Assembly (NCBI GenBank): GCA_000091205.1
Contig: AP006502.2
From: Cyanidioschyzon merolae
Taxonomy: Eukaryota
Direction: 5' to 3' (one strand)
Length of the DNA stretch: 64,000 nt
Each line of letters starts with the position of its first letter. Position 1 is the stretch's first letter. Shown here piece after piece: positions 1 to 9,245 of the stretch. Under the pieces are notes generated by a model. That model saw only the letters and a program-made list of their open reading frames with translations. It searched no databases and was not told the DNA's origin. The translations under genes were made by a program, and so were the position numbers.

Positions 1-2
1 GC

Positions 3-3000
3 CTGCCACACTACGGGCATCTTCTTGCCGGGACTATTAAAGATACAGTGACGCGCTATGCTTACCAAACCGGATACCAGGTTCCCCGGCGATTCGGTTG
101 GGATTGTCACGGCCTTCCAGTCGAGTACGAAATCGATCAGAAACTTGGCATTCGCTCACGGGAAGATGTTTTGAAACTCAGTATCGCAGCTTATAACGAA
201 GAATGCCGAAAAATCGTTCTACGATACTCGGGAGAATGGGAGAGGATCGTTTCCAGAATGGGACGGTGGATTGACTTTAAAAACGGATACCGCACCATGG
301 ACACATCGTTCATGGAATCGGTATGGTGGGTGTTCAGCCAGCTTCACAAAAAGGGACTAGTGTATCGCGGCTTCAAAGTCATGCCGTTTTCAACAGCATG
401 CAGCACGCCTTTGAGTAATTTTGAGACGAACTTGAACTATCGGGAAGTTCAGGATCCCGCGATCACGATTTCTTTTCCTGTGTTGAATGATCCTGATCAC
501 GCCTCGTTTCTGGCATGGACCACCACACCTTGGACTGTGCCTAGCAATGTCGCCCTCTGTGTTCATCCGGAATTGATATATGTGCGCGTTCGAGATCATT
601 CCCGTGAGGACCGGGTATGGATCCTCGCAGAGGCCCGCCTAGGTAGCATCTTCAAAATGAATGATGCACGGAAACACTCAAGTGCATGCGAATTTACGAT
701 CATCGCGAGGCATCACGGATATGAGCTTGTTGGTTTACATTACGAGCCTGTGTTTGATTATTACAAGGACTCGCGCTTCCGCGAGCTTCTCCGAGACCCG
801 TTCCGAGTCTTGGGCGATGATTTCGTGACCGCAGATAGCGGGACTGGTGTCGTGCACCTCTCGCCAGCTTTTGGTGAAGACGATTATCGAGTCTGCATGA
901 GAGAAGGAGTGATCGGCTGTGCAGGAGGAAGGCCGGACCGACCTGTCTGGTTACCGTGCCCCGTGGACGAAGATGGCAAGTTCACAGAACCTGTGGATGA
1001 TTTTCGTGGGATGTATATCAAAGAGGCAGACCGGGGTCTCATACGTAAGATGAAGACCCTCAGTCGACTCGTGAAGCACGAGACCTACACCCACTCTTAC
1101 CCTTTCTGCTGGCGCAGTGATACGCCACTGATTTATCGCGCCGTTCCGTCGTGGTTCATAGCTGTTGAGAAATTCAGGGATCGCCTCTTGGATTGCAATG
1201 CGAGAACCTACTGGGTGCCGGAAGTGATTCGGGAACATCGTTTCGCGAACTGGCTTGAGAATACACGCGACTGGAACGTAAGCCGGAACCGTTACTGGGG
1301 CACGCCTCTTCCCGTGTGGACGGATCGTACCGGCGATGAAATCATTGTCGTTGGATCGATTGCTGAGCTCGAAGAGCTTGCGGGTCTGCCCACGGGCTCG
1401 ATAAGTGATTTACACCGCCATAACATAGACTCGATCGAGATACGAAGCCGGCAGAATCCAGGAAATGTGTTACGACGAGTGGAAGAAGTCTTTGACTGTT
1501 GGTTTGAGTCCGGCGCGATGCCGTATGCAAGCGTTCATTACCCATTCGAACATGAAGAAGATTTCTTCCAGAAAGGCATGTTCCCCGCGCAGTTCATCGC
1601 TGAAGGTCTGGACCAAACACGAGGATGGTTCTATACGCTCATGGTGCTCGGAACTGCGCTATTCAACGAACCCCCGTTCAAGAATGTGATCGTGAATGGC
1701 CTCGTTCTTGCTGAAGATGGAAAGAAAATGAGCAAACGTCTGAAAAACTACCCAGATCCGATGGATATGATAGAGAATTTTGGAGCTGACGCCTTGCGCT
1801 TGTACTTGATCAACTCCCCTGTGGTTCGTGGGGAGCCTCTTCGTTTCAAGGAGACTGGAGTCAAGGACATCGTTCGAGACGTGATGTTGCCTTGGTATAA
1901 CGCTTTTAGATTTTTCATCCAGAACTTTGCAGCATTCGCTGAAGCCAACGCGGAAGCGGACACGCTTCTTCGTCAGGCAAAAGGCACGACTGAGCGCAGC
2001 AACCCCATGGATCGCTGGATTTTATCCCTCTTGGCCTCCCTGATCAGTTTTCTTCACAAAGAAATGCGAGCCTATCGCCTGTACACTGTGGTACCCCGGT
2101 TACTCCTTTTCATCGAGTCGCTCACGAACTGGTATGTGCGTCTGAATCGACCGCGGCTGAAAGGCTCAGGCGCTCGCTCAGCTTTGGATCAGGCCGTAGC
2201 GCTTTGTACGCTCGGGGACTTGTTGAGCAGACTTGCGGTTCTTATGGCGCCTTTTGCTCCATTCATGGCTGAATGGACGTATCAGACGCTCCGCAGCCTT
2301 CCTCTGGTAAGCTTATATGAGCAGACCGCAGACTCGGTGCATTTCCTGCCTCTACCTTCAAGTGACGAGGAAGCGGTTGATCTCGTCTTTGAAGAAAAAG
2401 TGCGCCACATGCAGCTTGCAATCACACTGGGAAGAGCCATACGAGAGCGACGCAATGTCGCTCTCAAGCAGCCCTTGCACACGCTGACAGTGATTCATCA
2501 CAACGAGCAGACCTTGCAAAATGTTGCGAGTCTTGAGGAGTACGTCCGGGGGGAATTGAATGTGAAACAAGTTGTGTACAGCACAGACGAAGACCGCTAC
2601 ATCTCCCGGAGGGCGATACCTGATGGCAAACTTCTGGGGCGGAGGCTTGGGTCAGCATTCAAGGAAGCAACTGCGGAGATTCGAAGCTGGACGCCTATGC
2701 AGGTCGCAAAAGTTGAGCGCGAACGCTCTGCAACTGTGTGCCAGGGCCGTTACCAGATTTCGGTTGATGAAATCTTCATTAATCGGGATGTCAACAGGGA
2801 GGCGCTCCGCGAAGGCGAGGACGTTGAATGCGACGTCTTGAATGGCATGATTGTCATCCTGAACCTCGGTATAGATCACGAACTTTTTCTGGATGGCATT
2901 GCACGGGAGATTGTGAACCGGGTGCAGAAGTTACGAAAGAAACTTGGCCTCGTCCCTAGTGATCGCGTCGATGTGTTTATCGAAGGTGGTTCTGTCGTAG

Positions 3001-3428
3001 AGCAAGCACTCAATAGCCGGGCCGATTTGGTCGGCAGTATGCTGGGATGCAAAAGACTGCTGTGCACTGAGGACCTGTCTTTGTTGCGCAAGCGGTTCAT
3101 TCCCCAGATCCCCTTGATCGCGCAAGAGCATGTCGAACCCCTTCAGGGAGACCATGTGTGCATTTCGTTGGTTCGCGCTGGTCTATGGCTACTCCCGAGT
3201 GCATTCACGAAGCGACCAGCTACTTTCCTCCATGCCTTGCAGTCGTTTCTTCTTGGAATTCGCGAGCGCTTCGCCGCTGCGAATGAGAACCCCAATATAC
3301 TGCGCGTCGTTCTGGACGGCGAGCGTTTGGAGCTTCACGAACACATCCATTTCAGTAGGTACGCTGCGGATATCGTTGCTGACTTGAAAGCCACCGCCCA
3401 GCACACAGCATCTATGGAAGCACGCTGA
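3..3428 (+). CDS. Isoleucyl-tRNA synthetase, eukaryotic cytoplasmic type. 5' end truncated by the window edge; the reading frame is open from position 3.
   Basis: The frame-3 translation begins LPHYGHLLAGTIKD, the class-I HYGH motif. It also contains WDCHGLPVE, the editing domain, a KMSKR-like 'KKMSKR' and a long C-terminal anticodon-binding extension. The 1126-aa ORF is continuous, with no introns. Confidence 0.95.
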   Translation: MPHYGHLLAGTIKDTVTRYAYQTGYQVPRRFGWDCHGLPVEYEIDQKLGIRSREDVLKLSIAAYNEECRKIVLRYSGEWERIVSRMGRWIDFKNGYRTMDTSFMESVWWVFSQLHKKGLVYRGFKVMPFSTACSTPLSNFETNLNYREVQDPAITISFPVLNDPDHASFLAWTTTPWTVPSNVALCVHPELIYVRVRDHSREDRVWILAEARLGSIFKMNDARKHSSACEFTIIARHHGYELVGLHYEPVFDYYKDSRFRELLRDPFRVLGDDFVTADSGTGVVHLSPAFGEDDYRVCMREGVIGCAGGRPDRPVWLPCPVDEDGKFTEPVDDFRGMYIKEADRGLIRKMKTLSRLVKHETYTHSYPFCWRSDTPLIYRAVPSWFIAVEKFRDRLLDCNARTYWVPEVIREHRFANWLENTRDWNVSRNRYWGTPLPVWTDRTGDEIIVVGSIAELEELAGLPTGSISDLHRHNIDSIEIRSRQNPGNVLRRVEEVFDCWFESGAMPYASVHYPFEHEEDFFQKGMFPAQFIAEGLDQTRGWFYTLMVLGTALFNEPPFKNVIVNGLVLAEDGKKMSKRLKNYPDPMDMIENFGADALRLYLINSPVVRGEPLRFKETGVKDIVRDVMLPWYNAFRFFIQNFAAFAEANAEADTLLRQAKGTTERSNPMDRWILSLLASLISFLHKEMRAYRLYTVVPRLLLFIESLTNWYVRLNRPRLKGSGARSALDQAVALCTLGDLLSRLAVLMAPFAPFMAEWTYQTLRSLPLVSLYEQTADSVHFLPLPSSDEEAVDLVFEEKVRHMQLAITLGRAIRERRNVALKQPLHTLTVIHHNEQTLQNVASLEEYVRGELNVKQVVYSTDEDRYISRRAIPDGKLLGRRLGSAFKEATAEIRSWTPMQVAKVERERSATVCQGRYQISVDEIFINRDVNREALREGEDVECDVLNGMIVILNLGIDHELFLDGIAREIVNRVQKLRKKLGLVPSDRVDVFIEGGSVVEQALNSRADLVGSMLGCKRLLCTEDLSLLRKRFIPQIPLIAQEHVEPLQGDHVCISLVRAGLWLLPSAFTKRPATFLHALQSFLLGIRERFAAANENPNILRVVLDGERLELHEHIHFSRYAADIVADLKATAQHTASMEAR

Positions 3429-3959
3429 GCGTTTCGCCCCAACGACGACGACGACGCACAGGACGGGCGTGCACGGGCCCTGATCGCGGCGACTCTTCTC
3501 CTTAGACACGTTCGTGCGAAGCTCAGCGGGACTCCGATGGGGATTCGCTTCGTATAGCCTGCCTCGGCGGCGACGATAGCGCTCCTGTATGTATACGTGT
3601 GTGTGCGCGCGCAGGCACCTTTGCAGCAGGCATGAAACCTGCCCCAGCTCTAAACATCCAAGATAAGATAGTGATGCGCCCGCCATTGCAATAACGAAGC
3701 GTATTTTTCCATCCCTAAAATAAATTTGCTAAAATCCGATAGGTAAAGCTCAGCGGAAAGCAATCAACACCGCCGCCTGTCTGTAGGCCACGGGTACCCG
3801 CATCGCCAACCAGCTCGCAAGGCATACGATGTGCTCGCAAGTTCCCGGCACGCTCTGGTTATGAAAATGATGCGTGCAAGGAGCTGAAGCGCTTATTCAA
3901 TCACGAATGATGCCTAGATTCGATTGAATTCTAAAACGCTTCAATGAGTGGCTTCCGGA

Positions 3960-6014
3960 CTAGGTATTTGGCTTCAGCGTCTCAAACAGCGCACTATAGT
4001 TCCGCGTTGGGATCCTGGTTGTGGGTGCGTACGCACTCGAGAACACATTGAATGTAACATTGCACGCACGTGCATCGAGCAGGCTCGCGACACATACATC
4101 CGCAACATCCGCCCGGGATATTTTTTTCGTGAATGGCGTTCGAACGATCTCCGATACAACGACGCCCGATGGGAGGCCTCGGCCCTGTATCTGACTCTGA
4201 TCGAACGTGATGCTGGTTACGCCGCCCGGTTCGTCAGTGAGCACACCAGTTCGTATAATGCAATAGGAGAGACCACCGGCTTTCAGCGCATCCTCGATGG
4301 ATCGCTTGCGGCTGATTTCTTCCATATCCGCGTGGGTGCCCATACAAGAAACGAGCACGAACTCGGGTTCATCTTGAGTACGGAAAGCTTTCATATAGTC
4401 TAGGGTAAGCATGAAAGTGCCCTTGCGGGAGCCAGGGTTACTAAGTGAGCGGATGCTCAAGTTATTTCGAGCCTCATAAAGGAAGCCGATTTGCGTGATC
4501 TCTGAAAAGTCGTAGACACTAGCATCGCGAATTTCTGCTTGCAAGAGGGCACCATCACTCGTGCGCTGAGGGATAAAGTCAGGGAACGAGAAGCGCAGCG
4601 TAATCCACTTTCTGGATGGAGTAGTAGAGAACGTCGAAATGAACTGGATGCCTGCCCTATCGCCGGACTTGGTTCGGATGATCAGCGAGTAGCGTTGGCC
4701 GTCACCGAGACAACGCAGAATCAAACCGGAGAATCCCTGGAAGTTCAGCGGTTTGCGCGCGAAGCTCGTTGTGAAGACCTCTGCTTGACCTCTATAAATG
4801 TCGCGTATTTTTCCATGAAAAACAGCGTTACCAAAGTCGTTCAGTTGGAAGAAAGTTGACGAAAGTGGATCCCGCAGGCGCCCGCTCTCTTCCATTGCGG
4901 CCTGCGGCATTACTGGAGCGCTCTGGTCCTCATTATTATCCTGGAGAAGCTGGTCCACGTTACCCACTTCATTCTGATAAGCCTTGACAACAGCAGTTTG
5001 AAGATTTTCAGGACGCGCCCACAGTGCAAAATGTCTAGGCTTGTTAAACTTGAAAATCGTAATTTTGGCCGAGTCCTTGCGACCAAACTCCAAAAACCTC
5101 GCATCTTGGAATGCTCGAATTAGGTTTGTGATGGCCTCCGTCTCACGCTCCGACTCGTCAGAAACCACACATATTACTTTATCGACACCGTACAGCGCCT
5201 CCAGTACGGAGTCCTTATCGAGTAGGTCCGCTTTTGCATACTCGCACCCGGTACCGAGTTCATCGAGTGTTTCAGGGCGCAGGTCCCGAACGAGTGCACG
5301 CACCCGGAAACCCTGGAGAAGTAGCTTGCGGACGACAAGGCGCCCAGTGCGTCCAGTTGCACCAGCAACGAGCACGAGCGGGACCAGACCCTCCTCCTCT
5401 ATGTTGTAAAGCTCTGGAGTTGGGTCTAACTTGCGCAGTCGCAGCTTAACCGGTGGCGCGCTCGTTGCGTCAGATAGCGGCGCTAGCCTGCGCAAACCCT
5501 CTACCACACTCTGAAACTGCCGAAAAAAACCGTCCAGGAGCATGTAGCCTTCCTGCTGGCGTTGCGGACCCGCAGAACGGAGGCGTCTCAGCCGCCAGCG
5601 TTGCCGAACCCTCAAGTCCGCTGTTCCGAGTTTTAGTTTCGGCTGAACTATTCTGCGGCAAAGCAGAAACCCGTCAGCACTAAAACGAGTCATAGCGTGC
5701 CCTCTAGGCCTAGAAGACGCCCCGGAGCTACTCGCAAACATCTGCACACGGTTGCAAGTTAGCTTCGGACGTGTTGCGGTATCTCTAACTGGGTACAGCT
5801 GAACCGGTGCGCTATGCGCACTCAGACGTAAAAATACCAAGAAAGCATAGCAGGGAACATACTCCAAACTCTGCTCCGCTTTAGACAACATGAACTCGCC
5901 GTAAAGAACTGCGTTCTTCTCACTTGACGTCGTATGGTGAGCAGGGAGCTCGGAACACCAGTGATCAGCATTCTTCGGGACTTTCAATCCAGTTCTGTTC
6001 CAACGGCGCTGCAT
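3960..6014 (-). CDS. Atypical SDR/NmrA-like NAD(P)-binding protein with an inserted CIA30 domain (HCF173-like). The true start is probably an internal Met near 5740 (MFASSSGASS..., transit-peptide-like).
   Basis: Rossmann motif VLVAGATGRTGRLVVRKL. The central block FFQLNDFGNAVFHGKIRD...YSLIIRTKSGD resembles a CIA30 domain. A second NAD-binding half is VLVSCMGTHADMEE...CIIRTGVLTDEPGG. Confidence 0.5.
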   Translation of the reverse strand: MQRRWNRTGLKVPKNADHWCSELPAHHTTSSEKNAVLYGEFMLSKAEQSLEYVPCYAFLVFLRLSAHSAPVQLYPVRDTATRPKLTCNRVQMFASSSGASSRPRGHAMTRFSADGFLLCRRIVQPKLKLGTADLRVRQRWRLRRLRSAGPQRQQEGYMLLDGFFRQFQSVVEGLRRLAPLSDATSAPPVKLRLRKLDPTPELYNIEEEGLVPLVLVAGATGRTGRLVVRKLLLQGFRVRALVRDLRPETLDELGTGCEYAKADLLDKDSVLEALYGVDKVICVVSDESERETEAITNLIRAFQDARFLEFGRKDSAKITIFKFNKPRHFALWARPENLQTAVVKAYQNEVGNVDQLLQDNNEDQSAPVMPQAAMEESGRLRDPLSSTFFQLNDFGNAVFHGKIRDIYRGQAEVFTTSFARKPLNFQGFSGLILRCLGDGQRYSLIIRTKSGDRAGIQFISTFSTTPSRKWITLRFSFPDFIPQRTSDGALLQAEIRDASVYDFSEITQIGFLYEARNNLSIRSLSNPGSRKGTFMLTLDYMKAFRTQDEPEFVLVSCMGTHADMEEISRKRSIEDALKAGGLSYCIIRTGVLTDEPGGVTSITFDQSQIQGRGLPSGVVVSEIVRTPFTKKISRADVADVCVASLLDARACNVTFNVFSSAYAPTTRIPTRNYSALFETLKPNT

Positions 6015-6959
6015 GTGATTGAGTGCTTTTTCGCAGTGTGGAGCAGGAGATCGACATCAGGATGCAATGCACCGTATAGATTGTAGACGACTAGCCTGTA
6101 GGATATATTTGTTACTGAAGCATGCAAAGAGGACAGGATTCCTCTTTCAGATCAGATATACAAAAGCACTCTGATGGATGAGAAACACTGAAATGAAGAA
6201 ACAAGAAGATGCTATCCGCGCCAAATACCGATATTGTGGAAGACTGCTCACGGTCAATGGTTAAGAACGAACTGTTGATCACCGTTCGCGGAAGGCAAAA
6301 GCGATGATCGTAGACGCCACAGGCGTCTCTGTCTCTCAGCACATTGTTCGCGTGGTTCTGAAAACACTGGGATACAGTTGAATTTCACGCATGGCTATTT
6401 TGCATCGAAATCGCAACCACGAGAACTTTCCTGGAAGGTCACGATCTGTATGAAGCACAGCAACGCCGGTTCATTGTTTCATTCGATGAGATTTGCTTCG
6501 GAAGAAACGATCGGAGCGTATATGGGTATTCACGGAAGGGGACCCGTTTTGCGTACGATCGAGCTCGTGGGCAACAAGGATATCATGTTTTGTTCTAGCT
6601 GCAGAGCATTCATTTGGAGGCCTCAGTTTCGCTCGTAGAGAACGCTCATCCAACAGCTCCAATCACATCGTCCAAACATTGAAGACTTTTCACGTGACAT
6701 CTGGCAGTGTCTTTCCACTGGACACCGTGGCATTTCACCATTCCCCTCGTGTTCGAGCTTTTGCCGATTCTATCAGGGTAGATGTGCTTTTCATTCCTCC
6801 GTACTCTTCGTGGTTCAACCTCATCTAAAGAGTTTTTCGTAACGTGAAAAGGAATGATGGATCCCGTGGGTGAATCGCTGAAGCGTTCAGCATGGTGAAG
6901 CTAGGGCACACGTCTCTTTCTTCTCCAAGTCCTTCTAGCTCCGTGGGAGTTCCTCACCT

Positions 6960-8030
6960 AAAGGCAAAAACATGTACGTTCATTCTGAAGAAATGAGAAA
7001 TCCAAGGGAACGTTATGGATATGGGATTCCACGATCCTGGAATCCTTGTGAATATCAGCTGCCAAACAACAATAAAAGTCCACTTCTCATCGACCATTGA
7101 GCGAAAAAGAGCAAGCGACGAAGAAGAAAAAAGGAAATATGGGCGAGTAAGTGTGTGTGCCCGACGGGACGACGACGAGACCGTTGTGGCACAGAGGGCA
7201 CGATTTCGAGGAATTCCTGTATTGATGAGATCGATCGGCCGTGGCGCATTCACGGAGTTCGTGAACCGAGACCTCAACGCCGCCAGCAATATTAGAAGAT
7301 GTACGGTGCTGAAGACGAGACTGGAGAAGCTGCGACGATCCGACTTTGTGGGACAGCCTCTCAGGCTCAAAACGTCCGAGGAAATTCGAAGCCAAGATCA
7401 TCCGGTCGGTGGAAACAGGTTAGGAGGCGTCTGTGAGTGAGTACGCATTTACCCGCCATGCACCTAGAACCCTTTTGGTTTTACTGATCACATGCCGCGG
7501 ACGCTTGGTCGGAGGCCGAACTGGTCTATGATTAGAATCCAGCGCTGAACTGCTCGTTCTGTCTTTCCAATATTTTCCGAACTCTTACGAGGTGTCCAGT
7601 GCCAACATACCAAGCGCACCAATAAGCGCCTACGAATTCAAAAGTCCTGGGAGGACTCCCAGTCGTGTGTGTTCGGAGTGGCCCCTGCGACGCTTCGCCG
7701 CTGACATCCATTACTTCACCGGAATCAAGGTTATTCGCAACGCGCTCAGACAACGATTCCTAAAATAGCCCGTAGCATTGTCCAATGCATACATACAGGC
7801 ATCCAGTCTTCTCCGTTCCGTTTGTGTCGCACGTTCAATTCAGGCATTCGCCAGGTGTTCGGTCTCTCTTTTATTGATGCAACTCGTGGGCGCTGCCATT
7901 TGCGCTGACGGGATTGACGAAGAGAACAAGTCGACGTCGCCCGATGACGATTCCTTTCCGTGCTCGTCCCGAAACGCTGCTGAGCTCGTCACTTGCAATC
8001 ATCGAATCGGTTCAAAGGCGAACCTTCTAT
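6960..8030 (+). mobile_element. RF1 copy A, a Fanzor/TnpB-derived ~1 kb element. It has a conserved 5' leader (GTACGTTCATT...), the TnpB C-terminal RuvC-III remnant ORF at 7015-7440, and a 3' non-coding omega-RNA-like module at ~7560-8030.
   Basis: The ORF fragment ...FTEFVNRDLNAASNIRRCTVL carries the D-x-NAA-x-NI RuvC-III signature of TnpB/Cas12/Fanzor. The same leader, remnant and 3' motifs (for example CAACTCGTGGGCGC at ~7879) recur in the other copies. Confidence 0.6.
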
Positions 8031-8114
8031 GTTTGTTGCAATCGACGAGACGGAGCTCAACAGCAGCGCGATACCTCGCACGGGATATGCTCGCGGGGGC
8101 GCACATCTCTTCTG

Positions 8115-9245
8115 CTAGCACGCCAGCGAGTCCTGGACTTTGTCGAACGTCGTCGCAGCGATCTGTCCGAGCGCAGAGCGCATCAGCGCTTTGTACGAAG
8201 TGCGGCTGGGGAGATCGGAGTTTCGCAACTCCTGCACCAGCCTGGATTTCGTATACGGAACGTGTTTCATAATCGAAATATCGCGTTCCACGGATCCTCG
8301 ATCGAACGGGACAGTATGCGCGTGCGTATGCAGCTGACGGAGTATTCGCTCAGAATAGTCGCGCAGATGAAGCCCTTGACCACAGGGTACGTTACCGGTC
8401 GCGGAAACCGGAGCGAGCATCCAGCGGAACCTTATGTACCCGTCCAGCTCATGTACTGAGCCATGAAGCGAGCGTTCACGTGCTACAGGCCGGCCTTCGA
8501 ACGAGGAGCTGCAGTTGACACATAGGAAAACCTGACCTCGGTCAAGAGTTTCCGTTGGGAAGTGCGCACAGAGGCTATGTTCATGGATTACGACAGTAGC
8601 ACGTAAAATATATATTGCAACTACCGACCATGCACTAGGTGTCTCGAAAACAACCAGAAACTGTGAAATGATGACCTTACCGCTTCCGTCAACTTCCCTC
8701 GACTGCTGAGAACGGAGCTGATGGAACAGAAGAGACCCCCATCTTAAAATATCGAGATAAGAATGAGGCAACGTAGCAGCCGCGGGTAAACACCTCAAAA
8801 GCTGTTGTTGATTACAGCTGGCTGGGACCCACACGTCAGTGTGCATCCCCGTGTAATAGGAATGGGTCTCCTCTATCTTACCCTGACGTTGGTGCAGAGT
8901 GAAGAATGATGTATGCCAAACTTGAAAAGAGCACCATACCCGGAAAACTAATCCACATGCGTCCTTCTCACTCCCGGTCGTAAGCGTGCCAGCGCCAGAC
9001 GGCGAATCGTCTACATTCGGCGTTGCGATGAAGCGCTTCCGTTCCAGCTCTGCAAAGCGTTTTTCCCTTGGAGAATGCTTGCTGCACTTGGGCAGGCACA
9101 GCTGGAGGACCCACCAGTTCGAAGACTGGCCTTCGCTTGGCGAATAGGAAGCTGGAGCTCTCGTAAGGGCGTATTGGCTTGGGCTTCGCTTGCCTGCAGT
9201 TCGCGGAACCTTGGCTGCGACACGCGTTTGCAGGCTAGCCAGCAA
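8115..9245 (-). CDS. Hypothetical protein; no family recognised.
   Basis: 376-aa ORF lying divergently upstream of the EGY-like gene. A C-terminal Cys/His-rich block (IHEHSLCAHF...LCVNC) is present but could not be assigned to a family. Confidence 0.3.
   Translation of the reverse strand: MLASLQTRVAAKVPRTAGKRSPSQYALTRAPASYSPSEGQSSNWWVLQLCLPKCSKHSPREKRFAELERKRFIATPNVDDSPSGAGTLTTGSEKDACGLVFRVWCSFQVWHTSFFTLHQRQGKIEETHSYYTGMHTDVWVPASCNQQQLLRCLPAAATLPHSYLDILRWGSLLFHQLRSQQSREVDGSGKVIISQFLVVFETPSAWSVVAIYILRATVVIHEHSLCAHFPTETLDRGQVFLCVNCSSSFEGRPVARERSLHGSVHELDGYIRFRWMLAPVSATGNVPCGQGLHLRDYSERILRQLHTHAHTVPFDRGSVERDISIMKHVPYTKSRLVQELRNSDLPSRTSYKALMRSALGQIAATTFDKVQDSLAC

Noticed and set aside
390-3686. 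Numerous 60-165 aa ORFs antisense to or out of frame with IleRS and other large genes (for example 390-599, 951-1238, 3189-3686).
   Set aside because: They are fully nested in well-supported long CDSs, have no recognisable motifs, and are typical of spurious ORFs in GC-rich DNA.
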